Shown here one piece after another: positions 47,027-57,130 of a DNA stretch of 64,000 nt. Each line of letters begins with the position of its first letter. The first letter of the stretch is position 1. A model generated the notes under the pieces. That model made no database searches. It saw nothing but the letters and a program-made list of their open reading frames with translations, and was not told the DNA's origin. Position numbers and translations under genes: made by a program. The DNA lies in NCBI GenBank assembly GCA_032123335.1, contig JAQBFN010000020.1, forward strand, positions 7,540-71,539, given 5' to 3'. The stretch is from Candidatus Micrarchaeota archaeon (GTDB taxonomy: Archaea > Micrarchaeota > Micrarchaeia > Anstonellales > Bilamarchaeaceae).

Positions 47027-48241
47027 ATGCTTAACACAGAAGAAATCCGCAAAGATTTTCCTATTCTTGAGCGCAAAATAAACGGCCACCCGCTCGTTTA
47101 CCTGGACAATGGCGCAACCTCCCAGAAGCCCATCCAGGTAATCAATTCAATTGTGGATTACTACGAAAACCACAACGCAAATGTGCACCGCGGAGTGCAC
47201 ACCCTGAGCGCAGAAGCCACAGAAATGTACGAAGAAGCCCGCAAAAAGGTTGCCAAGTTCATAAACGCGGAACCCGAGGAAATAATCTTCACAAAGAATG
47301 CTTCCGAAGCCATCAATATGGTAATGTATACATATGGGGAGCAGAACATTTCTGCGGGGGACACCATTACAACAAGCATAATGGAGCACCACTCAGGTTT
47401 TATTCCCTGGCAGGCCCTCGCCAAGAAAAAGAGCGCAACGCTTTCCATAATGAACGTAACCAGGGAAGGGGAGATCCCCGAATCCGAATACTCCAAGATC
47501 CAGGGCGCAAAGCTCACCTCCATTGTGCACGCTTCCAATGTTCTTGGTACCATAAACCCAGTAAAGGAATTCGCAAAGCTTGCCCACGAAAACGATGGCA
47601 TAATTTTAGTGGATGGTTCCCAATCCGTTCCACACCTCTCCGTAGATGTGAAGGATTTGGATTGCGATTTTTTTGCATTCACGGGCCACAAGATGCTCGG
47701 CCCCACAGGCATAGGAGTGCTTTACGGAAAGAAGGAGCTGCTTGAGAAAATGCCCCCATTCCTATATGGGGGGGAGATGGTTGTTGATGCAAAAGTCGAA
47801 GGGTGCAAATGGAACGAAATCCCGCACAAATTCGAAGCAGGGACCCCCAACATGGCCGGCACAGTAGGCCTCGGTGCAGCAATCGACTACCTAACTAAAC
47901 TCGGAATGGAGAATGTGCGCGCCCACGAAATCGAGCTCCTGGACTACGCAACAAAGGCCCTCCTTGAAATTGAGGGTTTGGAGCTCTACGGCCCCAAGGA
48001 CCCGCACAAAAGAACCGGAATCCTCACTTTCAATATCCCGGGGCTTTCCTCCATAGACCTCTCCTCTTTCATGGACGAGTATGGTTTCGCAATCCGCTCA
48101 GGATTCCACTGCGCCCAGCCCGTGCACGAAGCCCTCGGGATTCTCCCATCCGCCCGCATTTCTTTCTACATCTATAACACAAAGGAGGAAATCGATGCAT
48201 TAATCCCCAGGATAAATGAAGTAAGAAGGGTGATATCATGA
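47027..48241 (+). CDS. sufS: Cysteine desulfurase (SufS-type)
   Basis: PLP-Lys region (FTGHKMLGPTGIGVLYG). Catalytic Cys loop (RSGFHCAQP). Confidence 0.9.
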   Translation: MLNTEEIRKDFPILERKINGHPLVYLDNGATSQKPIQVINSIVDYYENHNANVHRGVHTLSAEATEMYEEARKKVAKFINAEPEEIIFTKNASEAINMVMYTYGEQNISAGDTITTSIMEHHSGFIPWQALAKKKSATLSIMNVTREGEIPESEYSKIQGAKLTSIVHASNVLGTINPVKEFAKLAHENDGIILVDGSQSVPHLSVDVKDLDCDFFAFTGHKMLGPTGIGVLYGKKELLEKMPPFLYGGEMVVDAKVEGCKWNEIPHKFEAGTPNMAGTVGLGAAIDYLTKLGMENVRAHEIELLDYATKALLEIEGLELYGPKDPHKRTGILTFNIPGLSSIDLSSFMDEYGFAIRSGFHCAQPVHEALGILPSARISFYIYNTKEEIDALIPRINEVRRVIS

Positions 48242-48696
48242 GCGAAAACAGGTACCAGAAGTTCGTAGAGCTGTTCAAAAATCCGTTAAACCGAAGGGAA
48301 ATGGAAAACCCTGACGTAACCCATGAAGGGCGGAACACCTGTGGGGACACCCTTATGGTCTTCCTCAAAATAGATGACGGAAGAATAGAAGATATTTCCT
48401 ACCAGGGAGCCTTCTGCGCATTCAGCAATGCTTCTGCCTCCCAGGTAACCGAGTTCATAAAAGGACTGACCCTGGACGAAGTCCTTGCAATAGACAACCC
48501 CAAGCTTTTCGAGCTGATTGGGGATGATTTAAGCGATAACTCCCACAGGCTGAGTTGCATCCTCTTCCCACTGAACACGGTAAAACAAGCCTGCGAAAAA
48601 TACAAGCAAAATGGTCCGGATAAAACTCCCAAAAAACTAAGCAAGGATATTGATTGCCACTGCGATGAGCACAATGCAGAGCTGGGAATCCAGTAG
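48238..48696 (+). CDS. sufU: SufU/NifU-like Fe-S cluster scaffold
   Basis: Conserved Cys ligands (…NTCGDTLMV…CAFS…LSCILF…). 4-bp overlap with sufS. Confidence 0.8.
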   Translation: MSENRYQKFVELFKNPLNRREMENPDVTHEGRNTCGDTLMVFLKIDDGRIEDISYQGAFCAFSNASASQVTEFIKGLTLDEVLAIDNPKLFELIGDDLSDNSHRLSCILFPLNTVKQACEKYKQNGPDKTPKKLSKDIDCHCDEHNAELGIQ

Positions 48697-48728
48697 CGGA
48701 AATACTTATAAATCATGTCTGAGTTTCA

Positions 48729-50117
48729 GTGAGCATGAAAGTAACTTTTTGCGGTGCAGCCGGGATAGTCACAGGCTCCTGCTATCTAATCGAATCCGGA
48801 AACAAAAAGATCCTGGTGGACTGTGGCATGTTCCAGGGCCCCAAGGATATCACGCGCATGAATTACCTTCCTTTTAAGTTTGACCCAAAAAGCATTTCAT
48901 GCGTGCTCCTTACGCATGCGCATATTGACCATTCCGGGCTCATCCCCAAGCTCTTCAGGAAAGGCTTTAGGGGAAAGGTGCTCTGCACAGCCCCCACCAA
49001 GGATTTGTCCAGGATCATGCTCGAGGATTCAGCATACATAAATGAAAAGGATGTTGAAGATGAAAACCGGAGGAGGAAACGAGAGGGGCTCGCGCTCCGT
49101 GAACCCCTCTTTACCATGGCTGACGCTAAGAAATCCCTTCGTCTCTTTTCTTCGGTAAATTACGGGCGCAGAATAAAAATCGCTGAGGGAATAAGTGCAA
49201 CGTTCAGGGATGCCGGCCACATACTTGGCTCCTCAATCATTGAGCTTTTTGTTGAGGAGAAAGGGAGGAAGACTAAGTTGGTATTTTCTGGAGACCTTGG
49301 GCAGTGGGACGTCCCAATTGTCCGGGACCCAACCATAATACAAGAGGCAGATTACCTCTTTCTTGAATCAACCTATGGAGATAGGAGCAGGGAGAATTTT
49401 GAGGAGAAGGAGAAGGCACTGCATGATGCAATAAAGAAAACTTTCAAGAGAGGAGGCAAACTTATGATTCCTTCTTTTGCTGTTGAGAGGACTCAGGAAC
49501 TTCTTTATTTTATTCACCGGCTCATAAAAAAGGGAAAATTTCCAAAAGAGAGGGTTTTCCTGGACAGCCCCCTAGCAATCAAGGCAACAGAGGTGTTCAG
49601 AAAACATGGTGCATTTTATGATGAAGAAACCAAACGTTCTTTTGCCACTCCATTTACTTTTGCCCGGTTGGAGAATTTAGTTACTGGCAGGGATTCAATG
49701 AAGCTCAACAATTATCCAGGCCCTTGCATCATCATAGCCGGAAGCGGCATGTGCACAGGAGGAAGAATAAGGCATCACTTGAAACATCACCTCTGGGAAC
49801 CTGAAAATACCCTGCTTTTTATCGGGTACCAGGCTGAGGGCACACTTGGAAGGCGTATTCTGGATGGTGCAGAGTATGTCCATATGATGGGAGTAAAAGT
49901 AGCAGTAAAAGCAGAGGTTGAGAGAATAGAGGGTTTTTCCGCCCATGCTGATTCGGAAGAGCTGCTCCGCTGGGCAGATGGTTTTGAGGCAAAGCCCAGG
50001 AAGGTTTTTGTGGTGCATGGGGATATGGATGCTTCAACTGCTTTGGCCAAACGGCTCAACTCCCTGGGCTATAAAACACATATTCCAAAAATCGGGGAAA
50101 CTGTTGAGCTCAAATAG
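48729..50117 (+). CDS. beta-CASP ribonuclease (CPSF-like, aCPSF2/RNase-J-like)
   Basis: MBL motifs LLTHAHIDHSG. CPSF-like N-terminus (VTFCGAAGIVTGSCYLIE…ILVDCG). Terminal VFVVHGD. Confidence 0.7.
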   Translation: MSMKVTFCGAAGIVTGSCYLIESGNKKILVDCGMFQGPKDITRMNYLPFKFDPKSISCVLLTHAHIDHSGLIPKLFRKGFRGKVLCTAPTKDLSRIMLEDSAYINEKDVEDENRRRKREGLALREPLFTMADAKKSLRLFSSVNYGRRIKIAEGISATFRDAGHILGSSIIELFVEEKGRKTKLVFSGDLGQWDVPIVRDPTIIQEADYLFLESTYGDRSRENFEEKEKALHDAIKKTFKRGGKLMIPSFAVERTQELLYFIHRLIKKGKFPKERVFLDSPLAIKATEVFRKHGAFYDEETKRSFATPFTFARLENLVTGRDSMKLNNYPGPCIIIAGSGMCTGGRIRHHLKHHLWEPENTLLFIGYQAEGTLGRRILDGAEYVHMMGVKVAVKAEVERIEGFSAHADSEELLRWADGFEAKPRKVFVVHGDMDASTALAKRLNSLGYKTHIPKIGETVELK

Positions 50118-50229
50118 TGCGGCTTCCCACTCCACACCAATATTGTTTTCTGAATATTTTTTCCTGTTCCGCAATGTTTCTTCACAGCATTCCGTGCTAC
50201 TGTTCAACTGAAAACAAAGAGCTTGGAAT

Positions 50230-50715
50230 CTATCTGGCAACAATTCTATTTCCAATTGATTTGAGGTTTCCAACATTATCTGCCCGTGGCGTTCCTTTTT
50301 TGGGTTTTGGAATCCGAAGATTTCCTTTTTCAGCGGGAGGCCTGCTCTTCCTTGCTTCCAGGGCCTTGAGGGCAATGGGTGCTACATATGGGAGGTCGCT
50401 TTCCGTAATGCTCTTCAACTCGGAATCGATTCCCTTGCCATCCAGCCCCTCAACCGCCTTTATTGCCTCCTTTTGAAGCCCCATCTCTGGGCTGCGCAGC
50501 AGTTTTTTAAGGAGCCTCAGTGCTTTGTTGCTGCCCATGTGTTTCAGGGTGTCGATTGCAAGCGTTTTTTCCCAGTATCCGCCATCTTCCAAAACCTTTG
50601 CAAGCCCGGGAATTGCTTTGTCCTCCATTGCGGCAATCAAATTCACTTCTCCAGATCTAATTAGGTCATACACTTCAATCCGAGCCAGGTATTTAGCCTG
50701 TTCTCCGCCTCCCAT
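50230..50715 (-). CDS. HEAT-repeat (PBS-lyase-like) protein
   Basis: Repeated A-x-x-A-L-x-x-L/I-G helix pairs. Confidence 0.45.
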   Translation of the reverse strand: MGGGEQAKYLARIEVYDLIRSGEVNLIAAMEDKAIPGLAKVLEDGGYWEKTLAIDTLKHMGSNKALRLLKKLLRSPEMGLQKEAIKAVEGLDGKGIDSELKSITESDLPYVAPIALKALEARKSRPPAEKGNLRIPKPKKGTPRADNVGNLKSIGNRIVAR

Positions 50716-50807
50716 GTTACTCTATTATGGAATATTATGTATAAAAATGTGCCATATATCCACTTTCTGTGCAATAATTATATAAACATTAATTCAGTAC
50801 CTGCACC

Positions 50808-51803
50808 ATGAGTTTGATTTCCAGATTCAAGAAAACTGCCTGGAAGAAGTGCAGGATGGTCCTTCCCGAGGGGGAAGACCCCCGTGTCCTTGAAGCCGCC
50901 ATAAAGGCGAAGAAGCTCAAGATTGCCGATCCATTCTTTGTTGGAAACAAAAAGGAAATAGAAAAAACAGCAAAAAGGCTCAAAGTTTCCCTCAAAGGCT
51001 TCGAAATAATCGACACCTCCTCAGGAATCCCCGAAAAATATATTGTTGCCTACCGCAAAGTGCGCAAAGCGCCCCCCGCTCTCGCAAATCGTATCCTCTC
51101 CAACCCACTCTTCCTCGCTTCCCTCATGGTAAAGATGGGTGAAGCAGATGCAATGGTTGCAGGCGCAGTTTCCTCTTCCGCAGATGTAATCACCGCTGCC
51201 ACTGGAATAATCGGACTGCGCAAGGGGGTCTCCGTTCCCTCAAGCTTCTTCATAATGGAAATCCCAAACCCCAAAGTAGGTGAAAACGGCCTCCTCCTTT
51301 TTGCAGATTCTTCTGTAAACATTGAACTAACTCCGGAGCAGATGGCGGATGTTGCAATCACCACTGCCCAAACCGCCAAAGAGCTCATGAATTGGACCCC
51401 CCGCGCTGCAATGCTTTCTTTCTCCACGAAAGGAAGCTCCATTCACCCGCGTGCAGACAAGGTAATCGAAGCCACAAAAATCGCAAACAAAAAAGCCCCC
51501 AAATTATACATCGACGGTGAAATGCAGGGCGATTCCGCCCTTGTTCCCTCCACCGCAAAAAAGAAAATAAAGGGTAAGCTCGGGCCAGTTGCAGGCCGCG
51601 CCAATATCCTCATATTCCCGGACCTTGACTCAGGAAACATCACCTACAAGCTTACTCAGTGTCTCGGTGGCGCAAACGCCTACGGCCCCATTCTCCAGGG
51701 CTTCCAAAAACCTGTTTCCGACCTTTCCAGAGGCGCCAAAACTGAAGACATTCTAGGCTCAATAGCTATCCTGAGTACCTGGGCAAAAAGGGTGAAAAAA
51801 TGA
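50808..51803 (+). CDS. pta: Phosphate acetyltransferase
   Basis: Pta/PtB fold. 331 aa. 4-bp overlap with ackA. Confidence 0.8.
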   Translation: MSLISRFKKTAWKKCRMVLPEGEDPRVLEAAIKAKKLKIADPFFVGNKKEIEKTAKRLKVSLKGFEIIDTSSGIPEKYIVAYRKVRKAPPALANRILSNPLFLASLMVKMGEADAMVAGAVSSSADVITAATGIIGLRKGVSVPSSFFIMEIPNPKVGENGLLLFADSSVNIELTPEQMADVAITTAQTAKELMNWTPRAAMLSFSTKGSSIHPRADKVIEATKIANKKAPKLYIDGEMQGDSALVPSTAKKKIKGKLGPVAGRANILIFPDLDSGNITYKLTQCLGGANAYGPILQGFQKPVSDLSRGAKTEDILGSIAILSTWAKRVKK

Positions 51804-52990
51804 AGAAAATACTCGTATTGAATTGCGGAAGCTCATCCATAAAGTACCGCCTTTTCGACAGCAAATTCAACACCCTCCTTTATGGAATAATCGAGCGCAT
51901 TGGCCCCAATGCCCAGCTCGTGCATCACAAGGGAAAGAAACCACTCACGGAAAAAGCAGATGCGAAAAACCACTCCCAGGGAGTCCAGCTTATGGTGAAG
52001 CTCCTCCACGATCCGGAGTGGGGCGCAATAAAGCGCGTAACTGAAATCTCGGTTGTGGGCCACCGCGTAGTCCACGGAGGGCAGTTCGCAAAGACCTCCC
52101 TCGCTTCCGGAGTCGCGCTGAAATACCTGAAGGATTTTGAGATGCTCGCCCCCCTCCACAATCCCAACAACATAACCGGGATAAATGAGATGAAGAAGGC
52201 GATGCCCACTGTTCCACAGGTGATGGTTTTCGATACTGAATTCCACCAGAGTATGCCCCGCAAAGCCTACATGTACGGTTTCCCCTACAGCTATTTTGAC
52301 AAGTATGCTGTGCGCAAATACGGTTTCCACGGAACCTCCCACAAATATGTTGCGCAGGAAGCCGCAAAATTCCTAAAAAAGAAATCCCCCAATTTGATTA
52401 CTTGCCACTTGGGCGCAGGTTCTTCCCTCGCCGCAGTAAAAGCAGGGAAATCCATCGATACCTCTATGGGAATGACCCCGCTTGAAGGCGTAATGATGGG
52501 AACCCGTACAGGGGACACAGACCCTGCAACTCTCCAGTATCTGGTAAATAAGTACAAATTCAAATATGAGGATTTATTCGATACAATGAACCACAAGAGC
52601 GGACTCTTAGGAGTTTCTGGGGTAAGCAAGGATGTCCGGATAATTGAGGGCCGCGCCAAAAAGGGCAACGAGCGCTGCAAGCTTGCCCTGGAAATGTATG
52701 CCTACCGCGTTGCAAAGTACATAGGAGCATACGCGGTTGCGCTCGGGAAACTCGATGCGATTGTATTCACCGCAGGAATCGGCCAGAACTCCTCTTCCAT
52801 GCGAAAGGAAATCTGCTCTTACCTCCAGATATTGGGTGCAAGGCTCGACCCCAAAAAGAACCGAAAACCAATCACTAAAGCCACGGACATCTCCGCCCGC
52901 GGCTCCAAAGTAAAAATCCTGGTAATCCCCACAAATGAGGAATTGATGATTGCAAGGGAAGCTGCAAAGGCAGTAGGTGCATCAAAATGA
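51800..52990 (+). CDS. ackA: Acetate kinase
   Basis: N-terminal ILVLNCGSSSIKY. VVHGG. FDTEFHQSMP. HLGAGSS. Confidence 0.9.
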   Translation: MKKILVLNCGSSSIKYRLFDSKFNTLLYGIIERIGPNAQLVHHKGKKPLTEKADAKNHSQGVQLMVKLLHDPEWGAIKRVTEISVVGHRVVHGGQFAKTSLASGVALKYLKDFEMLAPLHNPNNITGINEMKKAMPTVPQVMVFDTEFHQSMPRKAYMYGFPYSYFDKYAVRKYGFHGTSHKYVAQEAAKFLKKKSPNLITCHLGAGSSLAAVKAGKSIDTSMGMTPLEGVMMGTRTGDTDPATLQYLVNKYKFKYEDLFDTMNHKSGLLGVSGVSKDVRIIEGRAKKGNERCKLALEMYAYRVAKYIGAYAVALGKLDAIVFTAGIGQNSSSMRKEICSYLQILGARLDPKKNRKPITKATDISARGSKVKILVIPTNEELMIAREAAKAVGASK

Positions 52991-53358
52991 AAATACTTGG
53001 CCTAGGAACTGATCTAGTAGACATGAAAAAGCTAAAGAAAAAGCTCTCAGGGAAATACGGAAAGCACTTCATCAATTCCACGTTTACCCAAAATGAAATC
53101 TGCTGCGCCCAGGAAAAAAACATTGCAAAATTCGCAACCGCATTCGCAGCCAAGGAAGCAGTGTATAAAGCCTTCCGCACAGGCTGGATTGAAGGCAAGG
53201 ATGTAGAATTGCTCAGGGACCCGGAAACCGGGGCCCCCTCAATAACCCTCCATGGAGAAATAAAGAAAATAGCAAAAAAAGGGAAGGTGAAGGAAATCCA
53301 GGTTTCCCTCTCTTTTACGGATTCCCATGCACTCGCAGTAGTCCTTCTTATTTCTTGA
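52987..53358 (+). CDS. acpS: Holo-[acyl-carrier-protein] synthase (4'-phosphopantetheinyl transferase)
   Basis: GLGTDLVDM…, …FTQNE…, …FAAKEAVYKA… are AcpS motifs. 123 aa. Confidence 0.8.
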   Translation: MKILGLGTDLVDMKKLKKKLSGKYGKHFINSTFTQNEICCAQEKNIAKFATAFAAKEAVYKAFRTGWIEGKDVELLRDPETGAPSITLHGEIKKIAKKGKVKEIQVSLSFTDSHALAVVLLIS

Positions 53359-53602
53359 GCGTTTTGCACTTTTTATACATGTAGTCTACTGCCGCTTTGA
53401 TGGTCTTATTCTGCCGCACATCCCGCTGGGGAACCCGGAACCCGAATTCCATTTCTAGTGCCGCAAGCAGTTCCACAATGTCCATGGATTTAGCGTGCAG
53501 GTCGTCAACAAATGATGTGGTGGGCTTTAATTTGCCCGCACTTACCCCGAACACATCCGCAACGACGCTTTTCACTTTCTTCCCGACTTCTTTTTTATCC
53601 AT
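53348..53602 (-). CDS. acpP: Acyl carrier protein
   Basis: …SFVDDLHAKSMDIVELLAALEMEFG…TIKAAVDYM… aligns with the ACP DSL helix II, with the Ser retained. Confidence 0.7.
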   Translation of the reverse strand: MDKKEVGKKVKSVVADVFGVSAGKLKPTTSFVDDLHAKSMDIVELLAALEMEFGFRVPQRDVRQNKTIKAAVDYMYKKCKTLKK

Positions 53603-53603
53603 G

Positions 53604-54011
53604 CTACTTTACCACCTTGAACACCACGATGTTCGTCCCTGCAATCTTCTTTACCTTTGCCTTTACCTTCATGGGCATTTTTTTATTCTGTTTTTCAATT
53701 GCTTCCACACTGGAGACAGGTACCCCTTCAATCATGGTAAAAAACACCGGGCCTTCTTTCAATTCCACTCCGCCGTATGCATATGGGTGGTATTTTGCAA
53801 ATTTCAAGGGAGGTAGATTCCCGCTTGAATAGAAGAGAAGTTCCCCGTCCCCGCTTATCTCCTTCCAATCCATGTTATGCGTACTGCATTTTACACATGC
53901 CGCCTTAGGGGGAAATGTGAAATGCTTGCACTTTTTGCACACCACTCCATAAATCTTTCCTTTCCCGAGGGATTTGTAGAATTTATCAATCATTCTTTCC
54001 ATAATAATCAC
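53604..54011 (-). CDS. DUF35-type OB-fold/zinc-ribbon protein (thiolase partner)
   Basis: CKKCKHFTFPPKAACVKC Zn ribbon plus an OB-fold. 4-bp overlap with the thiolase gene. Confidence 0.7.
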   Translation of the reverse strand: MIIMERMIDKFYKSLGKGKIYGVVCKKCKHFTFPPKAACVKCSTHNMDWKEISGDGELLFYSSGNLPPLKFAKYHPYAYGGVELKEGPVFFTMIEGVPVSSVEAIEKQNKKMPMKVKAKVKKIAGTNIVVFKVVK

Positions 54012-55291
54012 CTCTTCAATACAGTTACTGCAGAATGCATTCCGTATCCGTGGTTATGCACAACTGAAACCTCAGGCTCATCCTTAATTTGCCTTCCCTT
54101 GGCTTCACCCCTCATCTGCTTCACTGCCTCATAAATCTCCGCTCCTGCAGATGCTGCGAATGCATGCCCCTTTGCGTGCCTTCCTCCGGAAGTGTTCATC
54201 GGCTTGTCTCCCTTGTAGGTCGTTCTCCCTTCAAGGACAGCTTCCCATGCTTCCCCTTTCTTGAAGTATCCGCAAATCTCTGATTCAATCAGATGGTAAA
54301 TCTGCATGCAGTCATGCACGTCCAGGTAATCTATGTCTTTGGGCTTGATTTTTGCCATTTTCATTGCAGCCCCAAAGGCTTCCGTGTCCAGTGCCCAATC
54401 CGTTGGGTCGCGCCCATACCAGGGGTAGTTGCCCGAGGCCCAGTGGAACCCCTCAATTGATATCGGCTCTTTCCTGAAGTATTTCTTTGCCTCTTTCTTT
54501 GAGCTGATTAGGTAGGCCGATGCACCATCAACTGTGTTGAGTGCACTCTTTACTCTTGAAGGCCATGCAAGGAACGGATTTTTCCTGCCCGTCCAGAATT
54601 CCCATGAGCTCTTGAATCCTGCTTTCTTTGCCTCCTGCTCCAGGGTAGTCTGCACATATGCCTTTGGATTCTTGGAACCGTGCAGCCTCACTGCTTTGTG
54701 GACTGCCCACATCACTTCATCCATTTTCTCCATAGGTATTCCATATTTTTTTGCATAACCCAGGGTTGGCAGCCCACCATATGCTGTTGCAATATCATAT
54801 GCGTGGTGATATGCATATGCCTGGTCAACACCAAAGTCTGTCCAGTACCAAAGCATGCCCGGGTCAAGCGCTTCCTTTTTCAGCGGGTCATCCGTAGCTG
54901 TTGAAGAAAGTATCTCAGCCCCAACTACAAGAACATTCCTGTATTTTCCTGAGGCTATGTCCATAGCCGCAAGCCCCACACCAGTATTGGTTGTAGCGCA
55001 TGCAGTTGCAAAATGCACCCCTGGCTTTCCCTGCAATCCCAGCCAATCTGCCATCTGCGTGTTGTGTGAATACAAATGTGAACTATGGCTGAGCATACTC
55101 CCAATATAGAACGCATCTATCTCCTTGGGGTCAATCCCTGCTTCATCTATTGCTTCAAAAGCAGCCTCGCACGCAAGTTCCTGGAAAGCCAACCCCTTAA
55201 TTTCAGGGGTTTCAAGAACGCTTCCAAACTTTGTGCACCCTACACCAGTAATTACCGGTTTTTCTCTTAAATTTCCAACATGGGCCATCAA
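54008..55291 (-). CDS. Thiolase-family condensing enzyme (archaeal acetoacetyl-CoA thiolase / SCP-x type)
   Basis: ITGVGCTKFG N-terminal signature and thiolase-fold length. Confidence 0.8.
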   Translation of the reverse strand: MMAHVGNLREKPVITGVGCTKFGSVLETPEIKGLAFQELACEAAFEAIDEAGIDPKEIDAFYIGSMLSHSSHLYSHNTQMADWLGLQGKPGVHFATACATTNTGVGLAAMDIASGKYRNVLVVGAEILSSTATDDPLKKEALDPGMLWYWTDFGVDQAYAYHHAYDIATAYGGLPTLGYAKKYGIPMEKMDEVMWAVHKAVRLHGSKNPKAYVQTTLEQEAKKAGFKSSWEFWTGRKNPFLAWPSRVKSALNTVDGASAYLISSKKEAKKYFRKEPISIEGFHWASGNYPWYGRDPTDWALDTEAFGAAMKMAKIKPKDIDYLDVHDCMQIYHLIESEICGYFKKGEAWEAVLEGRTTYKGDKPMNTSGGRHAKGHAFAASAGAEIYEAVKQMRGEAKGRQIKDEPEVSVVHNHGYGMHSAVTVLKR

Positions 55292-55355
55292 ATCTCCTCC
55301 TGGTGCAGGAACTCAGATAAGTATTATAAATATATTGCACTCCTGAAGGAAATCC

Positions 55356-56408
55356 CTAGATCCACTTCCTCCTTTTGAAATACACAAACATAACGAGCGC
55401 AACCAGCAGCATAATCCCCAGCGCAAACGGGTACCCGTGCACCCACCCCAGTTCAGGCATGTACTGGAAGTTCATCCCATACAATCCCGTAATGAAGGTA
55501 AGCGGAATAAAGATAGTTGCAATAATCGTGAGCACCTTCATCACCTCATTCATCTTGTTGCTGATGCTCGATAGGTACAGATCCACCATTCCCGAAAGGA
55601 TATCCCGGTAAGTTTCAATCGTATCAATTACCTGGATTGTATGGTCGTACACATCCCGCAGGTACCGCATCGTCCCTTTCTTTATCAGCTTTGATTCATT
55701 CCTGGTGAGTGTATTGATTACTTCCCTGAGCGGCCATATCCCCTTCCTCAGGTAAATCATGTCCCTCTTCATGCGGTGGATGTCCTGGAGCGTTTTGTTT
55801 GATGGGTTCAGTGTAAGCGCTTCTTCCAAGTCTTCTACCCTCTCTCCCGCACCCTCCAGGATTACAAAATAATTATCCACAATCGCATCCAATAATGCAT
55901 AAAGAAGGTAATCCGGGCCCATCTTCCTCATGCTTCCTTTCCCATCCCGTATCCTCTTCCTCACCGAGTCAAAGATGTCCCCTTCATTCTCCTGGAAGGA
56001 GATTACAAAATCCTTTCCCAGTATGAAGCTGATTTGCTCGGACTCAACTTCCCCCTCTTTCTGGCCATTGTAGAACATCCTTGCCACAATAAACAGGTAA
56101 TCCTCAAAATCCTCAACCTTCGGCCTTTGCTCAGTGTTCGCAATATCTTCCAGCACAAGCGGGTGCACCCCAAAATGCTTTCCTATTTTCTCAATCACGT
56201 TTACGTCGTGTACCCCATCCACATTTATCCAGGTGGTGCGCTTGTTTCCCTTGAACTCGTAGCAGCCCTCCACCTTCTTTACCGCCTTTTCTCTTACCCC
56301 CTTTTCATCATAATCAATTACAGAAATTGTTGCCTTCCCCCCCCTTCTTTCCCCAGTATGAACAATAGTTCCCGGAGGAAGCCCTTTCTTTTTAGAGCGC
56401 TTGGCCAT
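55356..56408 (-). CDS. corA: Magnesium transporter CorA
   Basis: Two C-terminal TM helices with YGMNF. Confidence 0.9.
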   Translation of the reverse strand: MAKRSKKKGLPPGTIVHTGERRGGKATISVIDYDEKGVREKAVKKVEGCYEFKGNKRTTWINVDGVHDVNVIEKIGKHFGVHPLVLEDIANTEQRPKVEDFEDYLFIVARMFYNGQKEGEVESEQISFILGKDFVISFQENEGDIFDSVRKRIRDGKGSMRKMGPDYLLYALLDAIVDNYFVILEGAGERVEDLEEALTLNPSNKTLQDIHRMKRDMIYLRKGIWPLREVINTLTRNESKLIKKGTMRYLRDVYDHTIQVIDTIETYRDILSGMVDLYLSSISNKMNEVMKVLTIIATIFIPLTFITGLYGMNFQYMPELGWVHGYPFALGIMLLVALVMFVYFKRRKWI

Positions 56409-56443
56409 GGTATCCCTAAGAAGGCAATATTAATAACCCTTAT

Positions 56444-57094
56444 TCAGCCCATTCCCTTCATAATCAGGTACGCGCCGAACACAAAGAATATCGCCATTGC
56501 AAGGTAATTCCCGTACTTCTTCATCAGCACTCCCAGCGGCACAAGCACTTTCTTTGCCTTCTGCGGATACACCAGGTACACTGAAAGCGGCACAAGCACA
56601 GGGAGCAGGAAAAACAAATCACACATCAGCGTAACCGCAATCTCCTGCCCAAATACAATCCCGCTCTGGAACACTTCCTTTACCGCAGTTATGTTCAGCA
56701 GCACCGCATCAAAATTCAATATATTCGTAAGGAATCCAACAATGAACCACTTCACAAGCCCAGGCTTTCCGCCTTCCTTCTCCACTTTCGGACCTTTCTC
56801 CTTTGAAGGAAGCGCACTCATCACCCCAAACACAATAAACAAAACTCCCAGCACCAGGTCCATGGATGCACTTGGATGGATTGCCTTGATTTCCGCATCC
56901 GCTCCCCCTCCCCCCAAGAACGAGCCAATAAGCGCAAGTATAATTACAGTAATTATTGCCCCAAGAAAAAACGCAAGCGTCCTCTTGATTGGATGGTTTT
57001 TCCCAGCAAGCAGCGCAACCGCTATCCCAAACACCACCGGAGACATGGTTGATGCAACCGCAAGCGGAACTACCTTAATCAATAATTCAAACAC
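56444..57094 (-). CDS. Membrane protein (6 TM; LysE/GAP-like small transporter?)
   Basis: Hydrophobicity pattern only. Confidence 0.3.
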   Translation of the reverse strand: MFELLIKVVPLAVASTMSPVVFGIAVALLAGKNHPIKRTLAFFLGAIITVIILALIGSFLGGGGADAEIKAIHPSASMDLVLGVLFIVFGVMSALPSKEKGPKVEKEGGKPGLVKWFIVGFLTNILNFDAVLLNITAVKEVFQSGIVFGQEIAVTLMCDLFFLLPVLVPLSVYLVYPQKAKKVLVPLGVLMKKYGNYLAMAIFFVFGAYLIMKGMG

Positions 57095-57130
57095 GCTAAC
57101 TGCTTCAGGAATTAATTATAAAAATAGAAT

